From Patescibacteria group bacterium (GTDB taxonomy: Bacteria > Patescibacteriota > Microgenomatia > UBA1400 > PJMF01): a stretch of DNA of 64,000 bases. Shown one piece after another: positions 21,785 through 34,574 of this stretch (the first letter of the stretch is position 1; the number at the start of each line of letters is the position of its first letter). Under the pieces are notes generated by a model, which was not told the DNA's origin, searched no databases, and saw nothing but the letters and a program-made list of their open reading frames with translations. Position numbers and translations under genes: made by a program. The stretch is from the NCBI GenBank assembly GCA_016861085.1, contig BOKR01000001.1:131271-195270 (forward strand), written 5' to 3'.

Positions 21785-22050
21785 GATTTTCACCCTTTGA
21801 AATACGAAATTGAGATTTGTTGATAAACTCCCCAAGAGGGGGTGAATAATCAAATTGGCTGATCTAGTGGGCTTCTGAAAAGTCGCGATGACTTTCTTAT
21901 CCCTCTAGGGCCTTTTTAATTATTCGCTACTCCTGGAGATTTGTTGAATTTTTAATGTGCTTTGTACTCTTTCGAATACGACCATATTATCCTATAACAT
22001 TCTAATTTTGTCAATGGTTAAATGCCAAAAACCTTACTTAAAATCATAGC

Positions 22051-22080
22051 AAAAAGGCCTAGTATATTGCAACTAGGCCT
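22051..22080 (-). terminator. Terminator after gyrA
   Basis: aggcctagt...actaggcct plus U-run on minus strand. Confidence 0.75.
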
Positions 22081-22111
22081 CAATTTTTGAGTCAAAACTC
22101 TCTAAATCCCC

Positions 22112-24883
22112 CTACTCTTCTTCATCCTTCTGCAAGGTCAAAGCAACCGCCGCAACCTTGTTATCACCCTTCAAACGCATTAAGATAACCCCTTGAGTTG
22201 GTCTGGTCAATACAGGAATCGATTTCTTGGTAATCTCCATTTTAATTGTCTGGCCGTCTAAAGTAGTAATCACTAAATCAGAATGAATATCAGTATTTAC
22301 TTTTCGAGCACTTGCGACCATTCCAGTTCGTTTAGTAATATCAGCTACCTTAACACCCATACCAGAGCGTTTCTGTTTTGGATATTGGTCGAGCTTGGTC
22401 CGTTTACCCATACCGTTTTCAGTGACGATCAAAAGCTGAGTTTTTTCATTGTTTGCCTCAAGATCTGCAGCATCAATCACCTCAAAACCAACAACATAAT
22501 CGCCCCGTTTCAAGGTAATACCTTTTACGCCTTTGGTATCACGATTGCTTGCTTTGACTTCTTCCTCGTCAAAACGAATACATTTACCTTCATGTGAAAT
22601 GATAATTAACTCATCTTTTCCAGAGGTAAGTGTGCCTTTCACCACAGTATCACCCTCATTTAAGGTAATAGCAATAATGCCATTCTGACGGATGTTGTCA
22701 TATAACTTCACGGCTGATTTTTTGACCAGACCCTGGGTTGTGGCAAAGGTAATATATTTATCGGCATCATTTTTTTCATCGATAACCAAGATTGAAAGCA
22801 CTTTTTCTTCTGGTTGCAGGTTAATTATGTTGACAATTGCAGTTCCTTTTGCGGTCCTGGAAGATTCAGGAATTTCAAATGCCTTGAGTTTGAACACGCG
22901 GCCGGTATTTGTGAAAACCATCAAGGTATCATGGGTGTTGACCGTTAAAAGCGTCTGGACTACGTCCTCTGCCTTCATCTTGAGGCCAACGCTGCCTTTT
23001 CCACCTCTTCCTTGGGATCGGAAGGTACTTGGGATCATACGCTTGATATAGCCAGTTTCAGTGAGCGTAATGACGACTTCTTCACTTGCAACAAGGTCTT
23101 GTTCAGAGAACTCGCCGATTTTGCCTTTGACGAGTTTAGTTTTGCGGTCGTCGCCATATAATTCTGACAGTTCAGTAACTTCGTCAACGATCACGTCTAG
23201 GATGGCTTGTGGGTGACTCAAAAGCTTGATTAAGTCATCGAGCGTCTTTTTGATAGCTTCATACTCTTCTTCGATTTTTTGGCGTTCTAGGGCTGCCAGG
23301 CGCTTGAGTTGCATATCAAGAATTGCCAAAGATTGGGCTTCGGAAAGACCAAATTTTTTCATTAAGGCTTCTTTAGCGTCTTCTTGAGTTTTAGATTTAC
23401 GGATTGTATCAATTACGTCATCTAGGTTTGCAAGGGCGATCAACAAGCCTTCTAAGATGTGTGCGCGGTTGCGTGCTTCTTTCAGCTCATTTTGGCTTCT
23501 TTTGACAATCATTAATTGTCTGTGGTTGATGTACTCCATCAAGATCTGACGAATATTCATGAGTTGTGGGGTGCCTTCAGAATTCAAGGCAACCACATTC
23601 ATTGAAAAAGTGGTTTGCAGCTCAGAATATTTAAACAATTTGTTCAGAACTACCTTTGGGATGGCATCTTTCTTGAGGTCAATAGTGATTTGTAAGCCAT
23701 TTCTATCTGAGTCATCATTGAGGTCTTTGATACCTTCAATTTTTTTGTCACGAACCATGTCGGCAATTTTTTCAAGCAGACGAGCTTTATTAACTTGATA
23801 TGGAATTTCGGTGACGATAATGTGCCATCTGCCCTTTTTATCTTCAACAATCTCGGTTTTTGCCCTTGTGACGACTCTCCCCTTTCCGGTTCTGTAGCCT
23901 TCTTTAATGGCGTTGAAGTCATACATGATACCACCAGTTGGGAAATCTGGTCCTTGGATGTACTCCATGATGTCATCAATACTAATTTCTGAGTCAAAAT
24001 CACCAGCTAAGACTTGAGAATCAGCCGCCAACAACGCGTCGATTTGAGCGTGCATGTTTTTTATCTCTTCATCTTTCTTGCCGCCGGTTTTTCTCTCTGG
24101 GAGTTCAAACTTTGCGTTGGGGTTAACAACAGCTGCCCCTTTTTTGATAGTAGCCACAATTGCCGCTACAACTTCTCTCAGGTTGTGTGGAGGAATTTTT
24201 GTTGCCATACCAACAGCAATACCCTCCGAACCCATGAGTAGCAAGTTTGGTAATTTAGCTGGCAACACGGTTGGTTCTTGCAGTGAGCCGTCAAAATTAT
24301 CTGTGAAAGGCACAGTATTTTTATCAATATCTTGCAATAATTCTCGAGTAATTTTTGCCATTCTGGCCTCGGTGTACCGCATTGCAGCTGGACTATCGCC
24401 ATCAACAGAGCCAAAGTTACCTTGGCCATCAATTAATTCATAACGCATGCTAAAGTCTTGTGCTAACCGGACCATTGCCATATACACAGGAGCATCACCG
24501 TGTGGGTGATATTTACCCAAGACGTCTCCTACAATACGAGCCGATTTCTTATATGCGGAGTTCCAGTGAATACCACTGCGGTGCATGGAGTACAAAATAC
24601 GTCTGTGAACTGGTTTAAGACCGTCGCGCACATCTGGTAACGCACGAGAAACGATAACACTCATGGCGTAGTCGAGATAGCTTTTTTCCATTTCTGATTT
24701 GATAGAAATGAACTTGAGTTTTCCAAATCTACTCTCCTCTATCGTGCCAATTAAAGCTTGATTGACTTCTTCAGATTGAGCTTTTTGGGTTACGCGCTCT
24801 GCAGCCTGATCAGCTTCTTCAATTTCAGCCACTTCTTCTATAATTTCTTCAATCTTGTCTTGTTTCTCTTGTGAGTCTGCCAT
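22112..24883 (-). CDS. gyrA: DNA gyrase subunit A
   Basis: [29 protein letters not shown], GyrA-box QGRGGKG, beta-pinwheel repeats. Confidence 0.97.
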   Translation of the reverse strand: MADSQEKQDKIEEIIEEVAEIEEADQAAERVTQKAQSEEVNQALIGTIEESRFGKLKFISIKSEMEKSYLDYAMSVIVSRALPDVRDGLKPVHRRILYSMHRSGIHWNSAYKKSARIVGDVLGKYHPHGDAPVYMAMVRLAQDFSMRYELIDGQGNFGSVDGDSPAAMRYTEARMAKITRELLQDIDKNTVPFTDNFDGSLQEPTVLPAKLPNLLLMGSEGIAVGMATKIPPHNLREVVAAIVATIKKGAAVVNPNAKFELPERKTGGKKDEEIKNMHAQIDALLAADSQVLAGDFDSEISIDDIMEYIQGPDFPTGGIMYDFNAIKEGYRTGKGRVVTRAKTEIVEDKKGRWHIIVTEIPYQVNKARLLEKIADMVRDKKIEGIKDLNDDSDRNGLQITIDLKKDAIPKVVLNKLFKYSELQTTFSMNVVALNSEGTPQLMNIRQILMEYINHRQLMIVKRSQNELKEARNRAHILEGLLIALANLDDVIDTIRKSKTQEDAKEALMKKFGLSEAQSLAILDMQLKRLAALERQKIEEEYEAIKKTLDDLIKLLSHPQAILDVIVDEVTELSELYGDDRKTKLVKGKIGEFSEQDLVASEEVVITLTETGYIKRMIPSTFRSQGRGGKGSVGLKMKAEDVVQTLLTVNTHDTLMVFTNTGRVFKLKAFEIPESSRTAKGTAIVNIINLQPEEKVLSILVIDEKNDADKYITFATTQGLVKKSAVKLYDNIRQNGIIAITLNEGDTVVKGTLTSGKDELIIISHEGKCIRFDEEEVKASNRDTKGVKGITLKRGDYVVGFEVIDAADLEANNEKTQLLIVTENGMGKRTKLDQYPKQKRSGMGVKVADITKRTGMVASARKVNTDIHSDLVITTLDGQTIKMEITKKSIPVLTRPTQGVILMRLKGDNKVAAVALTLQKDEEE

Positions 24884-24918
24884 ATTTTTTTTCTAAATTA
24901 GTTATTATTTCAGGTTAC

Positions 24919-25872
24919 TTATTTGAGTGCCATTTCTATAGCAGGCGCAATTTCTTTTTTGCGGGACATTTTTGGTCCGATATCAAGGACATTATCAACC
25001 GTGGTACCGCCAAATGCTTTTTCGGCAACTGCTTGTTCTGCTTGTGTGAGGATGAGTAACTTTGTGTTTACTTTCAAGATGTCAGTGATAGCCACAAAGA
25101 TAAGTTCTGCACCCAGTTCGGCTTTGACTCTTTCCATAGCTTGTAGCAAACTTGCTTTCTTTTGAGTCAAAACCAGGTCTTGTTCGACAGTTTCGAGTTG
25201 ATCAATCATGGTTTTTTTGCCAAAGTCAAAGACTTTATAGTCATTTTTAACGATTTGTTCGTCGGTGAGTGTAGAGATGTTTGACTTAGCTTTGAAAATT
25301 TCAAGAGTGAACCCGTCAACATCGGTAACTCCTGCAAGTGCTGCCAACTCTGAGCCAAATTTTTTATCATGTTCGGTACAGGTTGCCGATTTATAGCCAA
25401 CGGTATCAGATAAAATTGAAGCCAACATGAAGGACGCGAGTGTTTTTTCTGGCTGGACCCCAAATTTTTTCATCAAGTAGTAGACAATAGAGCAAGTTGA
25501 TCCCCAGGGTTTGAAAGTAAGGTATACTGGATTGTTAAAATTGATATTAGCCTTGTGGTGGTCAACAATCTCAACAATTTGTGACTCAAGTTCGCCGTCA
25601 AGGCCAGACATTCGTTGTGAAGCCTCATTATGATCGACCAAAACTACTTCAGTGTTTTCGTTTAAATCTGCTGCAGTGAGTACTTTAGGTGCAGAAACAC
25701 CAAATGTATCAAATAAAAACTGAGTTTCTGGGTTAAGCGGGTCAGTAATAGCGGCAACTGGGGTAACATAGCCCATTTCTTTCCAGTTTTTACAGAGGTA
25801 TTCAAAGGCCATGGCCGCAACTACCGCGTCGGTATCTGGTTTAGTGTGCCCGATGATGTAGGTGGTTTTCAT
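24919..25872 (-). CDS. ppaC: Mn-dependent inorganic pyrophosphatase (family II)
   Basis: GHTKPDTD, LVDHNE, VDHH, ILSDT, SRKKEI. Confidence 0.95.
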   Translation of the reverse strand: MKTTYIIGHTKPDTDAVVAAMAFEYLCKNWKEMGYVTPVAAITDPLNPETQFLFDTFGVSAPKVLTAADLNENTEVVLVDHNEASQRMSGLDGELESQIVEIVDHHKANINFNNPVYLTFKPWGSTCSIVYYLMKKFGVQPEKTLASFMLASILSDTVGYKSATCTEHDKKFGSELAALAGVTDVDGFTLEIFKAKSNISTLTDEQIVKNDYKVFDFGKKTMIDQLETVEQDLVLTQKKASLLQAMERVKAELGAELIFVAITDILKVNTKLLILTQAEQAVAEKAFGGTTVDNVLDIGPKMSRKKEIAPAIEMALK

Positions 25873-25894
25873 AGGTTATATTCCTTTCTTGCGA

Positions 25895-27937
<2,043 letters not shown>

Positions 27938-28118
27938 TCACAAGAACTAATCAAAGTTATTTGGGCAGAAACTTCTTTATTGACAGCGTGAATTTACATC
28001 AATGATACTATATTTTAAAGTACGTGGATAGTGGCATAATGCAAACTAAAATCCCGATTTTGGAATGGTTGAGCGCCCCACAGCTACATCACTTGAGGAA
28101 AAGTATTTATCTAGGACT

Positions 28119-28225
28119 TTGGCAGTCGATTAGTATCTCTGCTAATTTGATTTCGAAAATAAAATGGTTGCTGCATCAAGTTATATTAATATATGTTAAA
28201 TCATATTATTATATATTTTGATATA
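28119..28225 (+). repeat. Composite CIRCE-like element, copy B
   Basis: TTGGCAGTC-N9-CTCTGCTAA, 22 nt, TTGctgcatCAA, then TATATATTTTGATATA. Confidence 0.75.
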
Positions 28226-28242
28226 ATTAAAAATGTGATAAA

Positions 28243-28662
28243 ATGCAGACAATGAAAAAATTTATACAAGAAAACCAGGTCGACCAAAGAATACTACATC
28301 AACATTCTGAGCGTGTTTCCAAGATCATCTCTGAACTACTAGGTCAAGGGGCAATTGGAATAGAAGTTGCATTGTTGATTGATAGCATTGATGACCCGAC
28401 CGTCCTGTTACAAAGTTATAAAAAACCAGAACTTATTCACAACTTGTATGTCGTTGCAAAGAAGATTAAAGAACACTCTGGTGGGAAGCTCACACCGCGA
28501 AAAGCAGAAAGGTTGAATGTTCTTTTAAATACTCTTTCTCGCTATATTGATGGAGTTTCTGCAGAGCTGTTCATGAATCAAAACGTGCAGGCACATGCTG
28601 CTATTTTAAAACATGGAATTGAGCTGTATAAGCAAAGAAATTTCTCGGTTTTGAGACGATAA
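28243..28662 (+). CDS. Hypothetical protein
   Basis: 139-aa ORF, no motif recognised. Confidence 0.55.
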   Translation: MQTMKKFIQENQVDQRILHQHSERVSKIISELLGQGAIGIEVALLIDSIDDPTVLLQSYKKPELIHNLYVVAKKIKEHSGGKLTPRKAERLNVLLNTLSRYIDGVSAELFMNQNVQAHAAILKHGIELYKQRNFSVLRR

Positions 28663-28664
28663 CA

Positions 28665-29351
28665 TTAGTTTAGCTCAAAAAAACAGTTTTCCATTGTCAG
28701 TAGTACATTTGTGTTGTGCTCTAAATACTCAATTGTTTTGAGGACTGCTTTCAAATTTTGAGTAATTTGTCGTGTTTTTTTTGAAGTCAGAGAGTCTTGA
28801 TTTTGCAACTGTTTGTGTAGAAACTGGACTAATTGATTGCAAAAAATAAGTGCATCTTCTCGTTCTTTGTATGCTGCTGCCAAAGTTATTTTGTGACCAG
28901 GGTTGCTTGCTATAATTTCACCTAAAAGTTCAGTAATTTTTTCCGTTTTCTGCTGGACATCTGCTTGTTGAGTATGTGGATTTGTAATAAATACAGTTTG
29001 GCAACGTGATCGAATCGTTTCTAATAATTTTTCTGGAGTTGCAGTGACAAATATGAGTTGCGTATCTTTTGGGGGTTCTTCAATAGCTTTTAGTAACGCA
29101 TTTTGAGCAGGGATGGTTAATAGATGGGCATCTAGAAAAATAAAATAGCGAGGCTGATTGGCTACATATGATGCATAGGCCAGTTTTTCTTTGATTTCTC
29201 TGACAGTTTCGATTTTAATACTCTCCCCTGTCTCATTGATTAGGATGATATTTGCTTGATTGGTGATTGGCTTGTTCAACCATAGGGAAACTGCTTCAAA
29301 GGCATTGTGATCGGATGCATGTTGTAAGATTGTTGATGCTAGATAGGTCAT
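28665..29351 (-). CDS. holB: DNA polymerase III delta-prime-like subunit
   Basis: IKIETVREI, AQNALLKAIEEPP, LLETIRSRC. Confidence 0.85.
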   Translation of the reverse strand: MTYLASTILQHASDHNAFEAVSLWLNKPITNQANIILINETGESIKIETVREIKEKLAYASYVANQPRYFIFLDAHLLTIPAQNALLKAIEEPPKDTQLIFVTATPEKLLETIRSRCQTVFITNPHTQQADVQQKTEKITELLGEIIASNPGHKITLAAAYKEREDALIFCNQLVQFLHKQLQNQDSLTSKKTRQITQNLKAVLKTIEYLEHNTNVLLTMENCFFELN

Positions 29352-29418
29352 TGTATTAGTTGTTTGAGTTTAGAATTTCCTTTATAGTAGTACAAGAAGT
29401 ACTAAAAGAGTATACCCT

Positions 29419-31527
29419 ATGATTGATCCTGCCCAATCAACTGACCCAATTCAAATCCCACAGACAGATCCGGTGAAAATTTCTGTAAGTGCAGATGATC
29501 TTGCTGTTAGTCAACCGCTTCCTTCTACTCCATCTATGGATTTACAGACTGCTGAGCAGACGGTGCAATCAGAAACTCCTCTCTCCAGTACCGATCTGAC
29601 TAAGATTGCCGAATCATTAGAAAAAGACTCTGCAGTTTTAGCTGCTAACGCTACTGATGGTGCGCTTGACGAAACGAAAGTTGTTCCTGAACCAGCTACT
29701 GTACCATTGACAGTGCCTACTGTCCCCTCAGTTTCAACCAAAGAATCTGCGGTTAAAAAACCAGAAGATGCCCCAGGAATTGACCCCAATAAAACATATA
29801 GTAACGTTGTAGACGTTCTTAGAGATGCTGGTACGATCTCACAAGATGAAGCGAACCAAATCTTAGTTGAAAATGTCAGCTCAGGTAAAACACTTGAAGC
29901 TATCCTTGAAGAAAATAAGTTTGCAAGTGAAGAGCAACTTACCCAGGCAAAGTCGGTAGTTCACAAAATTCCTTTTGTATCGATTGCTGAATTTGGTACA
30001 GATCCTCAGGCTTTGACAAAATTACCTGAGGGAGTTGCTCGTAATTACAACATGCTGCCACTAGAGTTTGATAAAGATAAAAATTCTCTCACAGTGGCGA
30101 TGAAAGATCCGCTTGATTTGTCAGCAATTGATTTTGCAGAACAAAAATCGGGACAGAAAATTATTGCATATTACGCTATGCCCTCAGAGCTTGAGCGCAA
30201 GATTGCAGAAAACTATTCACAAAGCCTTTCCAGTGAAGTTACTGCTGCCTTAGAGCAAACTTCACAAGTAGCAGAAACAAAAGCTAGACAGCAAGATTTG
30301 AGCGAGCTTTCTGGGGAAACTATTCGTGAGGCTCCTATTACTAAAATTGTGCAAACTATAGTAGCGTTTGCGATGAAAGCTCGCGCTTCTGACGTGCATA
30401 TTGAGCCCCAGGAGCAACGAACTCGAGTACGATACAGAATTGACGGTATCTTGGTAGAAAAACTGATCTTGCCAAGAAGTGTTCACGAGGCAGTAGTTTC
30501 TCGTATTAAAATTCTTTCTGGTTTAAAGATTGATGAAAAACGTATTCCACAAGATGGTCGGTTTAACTTTGTTTCTGGGGATGCTGAGGCTGACTTACGT
30601 ATCTCTACCCTTCCTACAATTCATGGTGAAAAAATTGTGATGCGGTTGCTCAAAAAGGACGCGACTGTTCCTGCACTTGAAGAATTGGGATTAACAGGAA
30701 TTGCACTCAGTCGAGTCAAAGACGCAATTAAAGTACCACACGGAATTGTGTTGGTTACTGGTCCGACTGGGTCTGGTAAAACCACTACCCTCTACTCTGT
30801 TCTACATACTATTAATACACCAAAAGTGAATATCATGACTTTGGAAGATCCGGTTGAGTACCAGATGGTGGGAATCAATCAAGTGCAAATTAATCCTCAG
30901 GCAGGACTAACGTTTGCATCGGGACTACGTTCTTTCTTGCGTCAGGACCCCAATATTATCATGGTGGGTGAGGTGCGTGACTCAGAAACCGCAGAGTTGG
31001 CAATTCAGGCTTCTCTTACTGGTCACCTAGTTTTTTCAACTCTACACACTTCTAGCGCTGCTGGAGCAATTCCGCGTTTACTTGACATGGGTGCTGAGCC
31101 ATTTTTGTTGGCTTCCTCTATGACTTTGACTATGGCGCAGCGTGTGGTACGTAAAATCAATGAAGAATTCAAAGAAGAATATAAGCCTGAACAGGCAGTT
31201 GTTGAAGATATTAAACGAGTACTTGGTCCTCGGCTTGACGAGTGGTTAAAGAAAAAAGGTCTGAGCTCTCCAGAAGAAATCATGCTATTTAGAGCTAAAA
31301 AGGACCGACCTCAGACGGAACCTGAATATAAAGGTCGTGTAGCTATTTTTGAAGTGATGCCAGTCACTGAAAAAATTGGCAAACTAATATTGGAGAGAAA
31401 ACCAGCGACTGAAATGGAGAAACTTGCTGTGGCAGATGGTATGCTATTTATGAAGCAAGACGGATACATAAAAGCACTTGAGGGACTGACAACAGTAGAA
31501 GAAGTATTACGTGTGGCAGAAATATAA
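29419..31527 (+). CDS. pilB: Type IV pilus assembly ATPase (GspE/PilB)
   Basis: ASDVHIEP, PQDGR, GPTGSGKTT, LEDPVE, LRQDPNIIMVGEVRD; low-complexity N-terminal extension. Confidence 0.95.
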   Translation: MIDPAQSTDPIQIPQTDPVKISVSADDLAVSQPLPSTPSMDLQTAEQTVQSETPLSSTDLTKIAESLEKDSAVLAANATDGALDETKVVPEPATVPLTVPTVPSVSTKESAVKKPEDAPGIDPNKTYSNVVDVLRDAGTISQDEANQILVENVSSGKTLEAILEENKFASEEQLTQAKSVVHKIPFVSIAEFGTDPQALTKLPEGVARNYNMLPLEFDKDKNSLTVAMKDPLDLSAIDFAEQKSGQKIIAYYAMPSELERKIAENYSQSLSSEVTAALEQTSQVAETKARQQDLSELSGETIREAPITKIVQTIVAFAMKARASDVHIEPQEQRTRVRYRIDGILVEKLILPRSVHEAVVSRIKILSGLKIDEKRIPQDGRFNFVSGDAEADLRISTLPTIHGEKIVMRLLKKDATVPALEELGLTGIALSRVKDAIKVPHGIVLVTGPTGSGKTTTLYSVLHTINTPKVNIMTLEDPVEYQMVGINQVQINPQAGLTFASGLRSFLRQDPNIIMVGEVRDSETAELAIQASLTGHLVFSTLHTSSAAGAIPRLLDMGAEPFLLASSMTLTMAQRVVRKINEEFKEEYKPEQAVVEDIKRVLGPRLDEWLKKKGLSSPEEIMLFRAKKDRPQTEPEYKGRVAIFEVMPVTEKIGKLILERKPATEMEKLAVADGMLFMKQDGYIKALEGLTTVEEVLRVAEI

Positions 31528-31538
31528 AGGAAAAACAT

Positions 31539-32594
31539 ATGAATATACACGATATCATGGACATGTTAATTAACCAGAATGGGTCTGATATCCATATTAT
31601 TGTTGGAACCCCACCCATGATCCGTATTCATGGAGTACTGCAGGCTGTTGAGGGTACACCAGTTTTAAACACGGAACAGGCTGAGAACTTAATCTATCCA
31701 ATTATGACTCAAGAGCAAAAAGATTTTGTAACTGTGAACAAAGAGTTGGACTTTGGGTACCAGTTCAAAAATAAAGGAAGATTTCGTGTAAACGTATATC
31801 ATACTCAAGGAGCGATTGCCGCAGCCATGCGTTTGATTCCCACAGATATTAAAACAATTGAAGAACTCCAGTTACCGCCGATTTTGCATGAGTTTTCTCG
31901 ATATAGCCAAGGTTTAGTACTTTTGACCGGCCCGACCGGTGAAGGAAAGTCAACCTCACTTGCAGCAATGATTGATGAAATCAACTCTACAAGAAGTGAA
32001 CATATTGTGACAATTGAAGATCCGGTCGAGTTCTTATATAAGCCAAAGAAAAGCATTATTTCGCAAAGAGAAATTAATCATGATACTCATTCCTGGGGTG
32101 TTGCGTTGAAATCAGTGCTACGTGAAGATCCAGATGTGGTGTTGATTGGTGAAATGCGCGATTACGAAACGATAGCATCGGCTATTACCATTGCAGAAAC
32201 TGGTCATTTAGTGTTTGCTACACTGCACACATCTAGTGCTTCACAGACAGTTGACCGTATCATTGACGTCTTTCCAGCTCATCAGCAAAGCCAAGTTCGA
32301 CAGCAACTTGCAGCGACAATTAAAGCAATTGTTGCCCAGCGTTTACTGCCTGGAATTGGTGGCGGACGTGTACCAGCATTAGAAATTTTGGTAGCAACTC
32401 CTGCTATGGCAAACTTAGTTCGTGAGCAGAAGACACACCAAATTGATTCTGTAATTCAGACTTCTGCTGATCAAGGTATGGTCTTATTTGAAACTTATTT
32501 ACAACAATTGGTGCGGCGTGGTGCGATTTCTAAAGAAACAGCAATACAGCATGCGTTTAGACCAGAAGATATGCATAGATTACTAGGTGATTAA
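31539..32594 (+). CDS. pilT: Type IV pilus retraction ATPase
   Basis: SDIHI, RFRVN, GPTGEGKST, LREDPDV, AETGHLVFATLHT. Confidence 0.95.
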   Translation: MNIHDIMDMLINQNGSDIHIIVGTPPMIRIHGVLQAVEGTPVLNTEQAENLIYPIMTQEQKDFVTVNKELDFGYQFKNKGRFRVNVYHTQGAIAAAMRLIPTDIKTIEELQLPPILHEFSRYSQGLVLLTGPTGEGKSTSLAAMIDEINSTRSEHIVTIEDPVEFLYKPKKSIISQREINHDTHSWGVALKSVLREDPDVVLIGEMRDYETIASAITIAETGHLVFATLHTSSASQTVDRIIDVFPAHQQSQVRQQLAATIKAIVAQRLLPGIGGGRVPALEILVATPAMANLVREQKTHQIDSVIQTSADQGMVLFETYLQQLVRRGAISKETAIQHAFRPEDMHRLLGD

Positions 32595-32599
32595 CAGAT

Positions 32600-33802
32600 A
32601 TGCCATTTTTTAAATACTCAGCAAAAAATAAATTTGGAGAGACAGTCAACGGTAAAGTTGAGTCAAGAACCATAGAACAAGCCGCATCATTGTTGACTTC
32701 TCGTGGTTTATTAGTTATTAGATTGTCGCCTCTAACAGAAGACTCACTTGCTATAGTGAAAAAGATGTTTGGTGGAGTTAAGTTTGATGACGTTGTGAAC
32801 TTCACTCGGCAACTTTCAACCATGATTACTGCTGGCTTACCGTTAGCTGGAGCTTTATCTATTTTAGTCCGTGATGGAAAACCTGAGGTTACCAAAATGA
32901 TGGCGGTGATTTTGCAAGACGTTGAGGGAGGAAATGCGTTTGCAGATGCGCTCTCGAAGCATAAAAAAGTTTTTTCTCGGTTATATATTCAGTTGGTGAA
33001 AGCCGGTGAAACTGGTGGTGTGCTTGATACAGTGTTAGAGCGTTTAGCAGACAACATGGAAAAAGAGAAAGAGTTTAAGGCTAAAACAAAAGGTGCTTTA
33101 ATTTATCCAGTTATCGTCGTTATTGCTATGATTGCTGTTGCTGCAATTATGATGATCTTTGTGATTCCAAAGCTGACAGAAATGTATAAAGATTTTGGTG
33201 CTGAGCTACCTTTCGCTACTAGAATTTTAATTGGTTTGTCTGAGGCAATGGTGAAGTTTTGGTGGATTTTTGGTGCAGCTATTGCAGGATTAATTGTTGC
33301 TTTCAAGCGGTATTACAAGACAGAGTTTGGGAGATACAAAATCGATGAAATCAAACTTAAATTGCCTATTTTTGGTGAACTCCAGAAAAAAATTATCTTA
33401 ACTGAGTTTTCCAGAACGTTAGCACTGTTGCTTGGATCTGGAATCACATTGCTTGAAGCGATTTCAATTGTGACTGATTCTGTTGAAAATATAGTATACC
33501 GCTCTGCCTTAGAAGATGTTGCTAAGCAAGTTGAAAAGGGGTCGTCACTCTCTGGAGCTTTGAGTCACTATGAACAATTCCCAACGATTTTGCATCAGAT
33601 GATGAGTGTGGGTGAAGAAACAGGAAAACTAGACGAAGTGCTCAAGAAACTTTCTACTTATTTTGAACAAGAAAGTGAGCACGCCATTAAAAACATGACC
33701 ACAGCCATCGAGCCAATGATCATGATTGTGCTTGGTTTGGGTGTGGGTGCAATGGTTATTGCCATTATTATGCCAATCTACAACTTGACCAGCCAATTCT
33801 AA
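32600..33802 (+). CDS. pilC: Type IV pilus platform protein (GspF/PilC)
   Basis: FTRQLSTMITAGLPL, AGETGG, GEETGKL, EP.MI; three TM segments. Confidence 0.95.
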   Translation: MPFFKYSAKNKFGETVNGKVESRTIEQAASLLTSRGLLVIRLSPLTEDSLAIVKKMFGGVKFDDVVNFTRQLSTMITAGLPLAGALSILVRDGKPEVTKMMAVILQDVEGGNAFADALSKHKKVFSRLYIQLVKAGETGGVLDTVLERLADNMEKEKEFKAKTKGALIYPVIVVIAMIAVAAIMMIFVIPKLTEMYKDFGAELPFATRILIGLSEAMVKFWWIFGAAIAGLIVAFKRYYKTEFGRYKIDEIKLKLPIFGELQKKIILTEFSRTLALLLGSGITLLEAISIVTDSVENIVYRSALEDVAKQVEKGSSLSGALSHYEQFPTILHQMMSVGEETGKLDEVLKKLSTYFEQESEHAIKNMTTAIEPMIMIVLGLGVGAMVIAIIMPIYNLTSQF

Positions 33803-33865
33803 TTGTTGTACAGTAGTATCAAGTATATTTTTGAAGAAAGTAAATTAAAAAGGAAACATAAAAAT

Positions 33866-34486
33866 ATGATGAAACTTCTTTCTAATTTGCGAAAACTGAG
33901 CAGCCAGGCAGGTTTTACCATGATCGAGCTTTTGATCGTGATCGCAATTTTGGGTATCTTGGCTGTGGCAGTGCTCTCTGCTATTAATCCAGTAGAGCAG
34001 ATTAATAGAGGTCGTGATACTGGTTCTCGATCTGATGCGGAACAGTTGTTGAGTGCTATTGATAGATACAATGCTTTTGCTGGGTACTACCCATGGCAAG
34101 ATGGCGCTTCTGATACTGCATATGAAATTGATCCCCTTCGTCTTTGGGATGAAGAAACTGACTTAGCAAATGATGCTCCATGTAATGTCTCAGATTTATT
34201 ATCTGCCGGAGACGGTGCAGGTTGTACTGGTTCTAACGAACTTAAAGTCACCTTTTTTACCAGAATATTTGGAAGTGGCTATAACTACCTTTCCATTTAT
34301 CATGGGACTGAAGCTTCTAATAGTACCTATGTTTGTTTTGCACCAAAGTCAGATGCATTTAAAACAGAAGCAGCAGCAAGAGTGGCAGCAGGTGTTCCCG
34401 CTGACTATCCAGCCGGAGCTATTGCTGACGCAACAGGAATCTGTGGTCCTGTCGGTACTCCTTCTGACTGTGTCTGTCTTCCATAA
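33866..34486 (+). CDS. Type IV pilin (likely major pilin)
   Basis: G-FTMIELLIVIAILGILA class III signal, six Cys, own terminator. Confidence 0.9.
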   Translation: MMKLLSNLRKLSSQAGFTMIELLIVIAILGILAVAVLSAINPVEQINRGRDTGSRSDAEQLLSAIDRYNAFAGYYPWQDGASDTAYEIDPLRLWDEETDLANDAPCNVSDLLSAGDGAGCTGSNELKVTFFTRIFGSGYNYLSIYHGTEASNSTYVCFAPKSDAFKTEAAARVAAGVPADYPAGAIADATGICGPVGTPSDCVCLP

Positions 34487-34508
34487 CAAGTCCGTTCAAT
34501 GAAACTTG

Positions 34509-34539
34509 AAAGCCCCAGGCAAATTGCCTGGGGCTTTTT
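34509..34539 (+). terminator. Intrinsic terminator after major pilin
   Basis: agccccaggca-aat-tgcctggggct plus T-run. Confidence 0.88.
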
Positions 34540-34574
34540 GTTTTAAATCAGTGTATGTTACACTTAACCACGAC

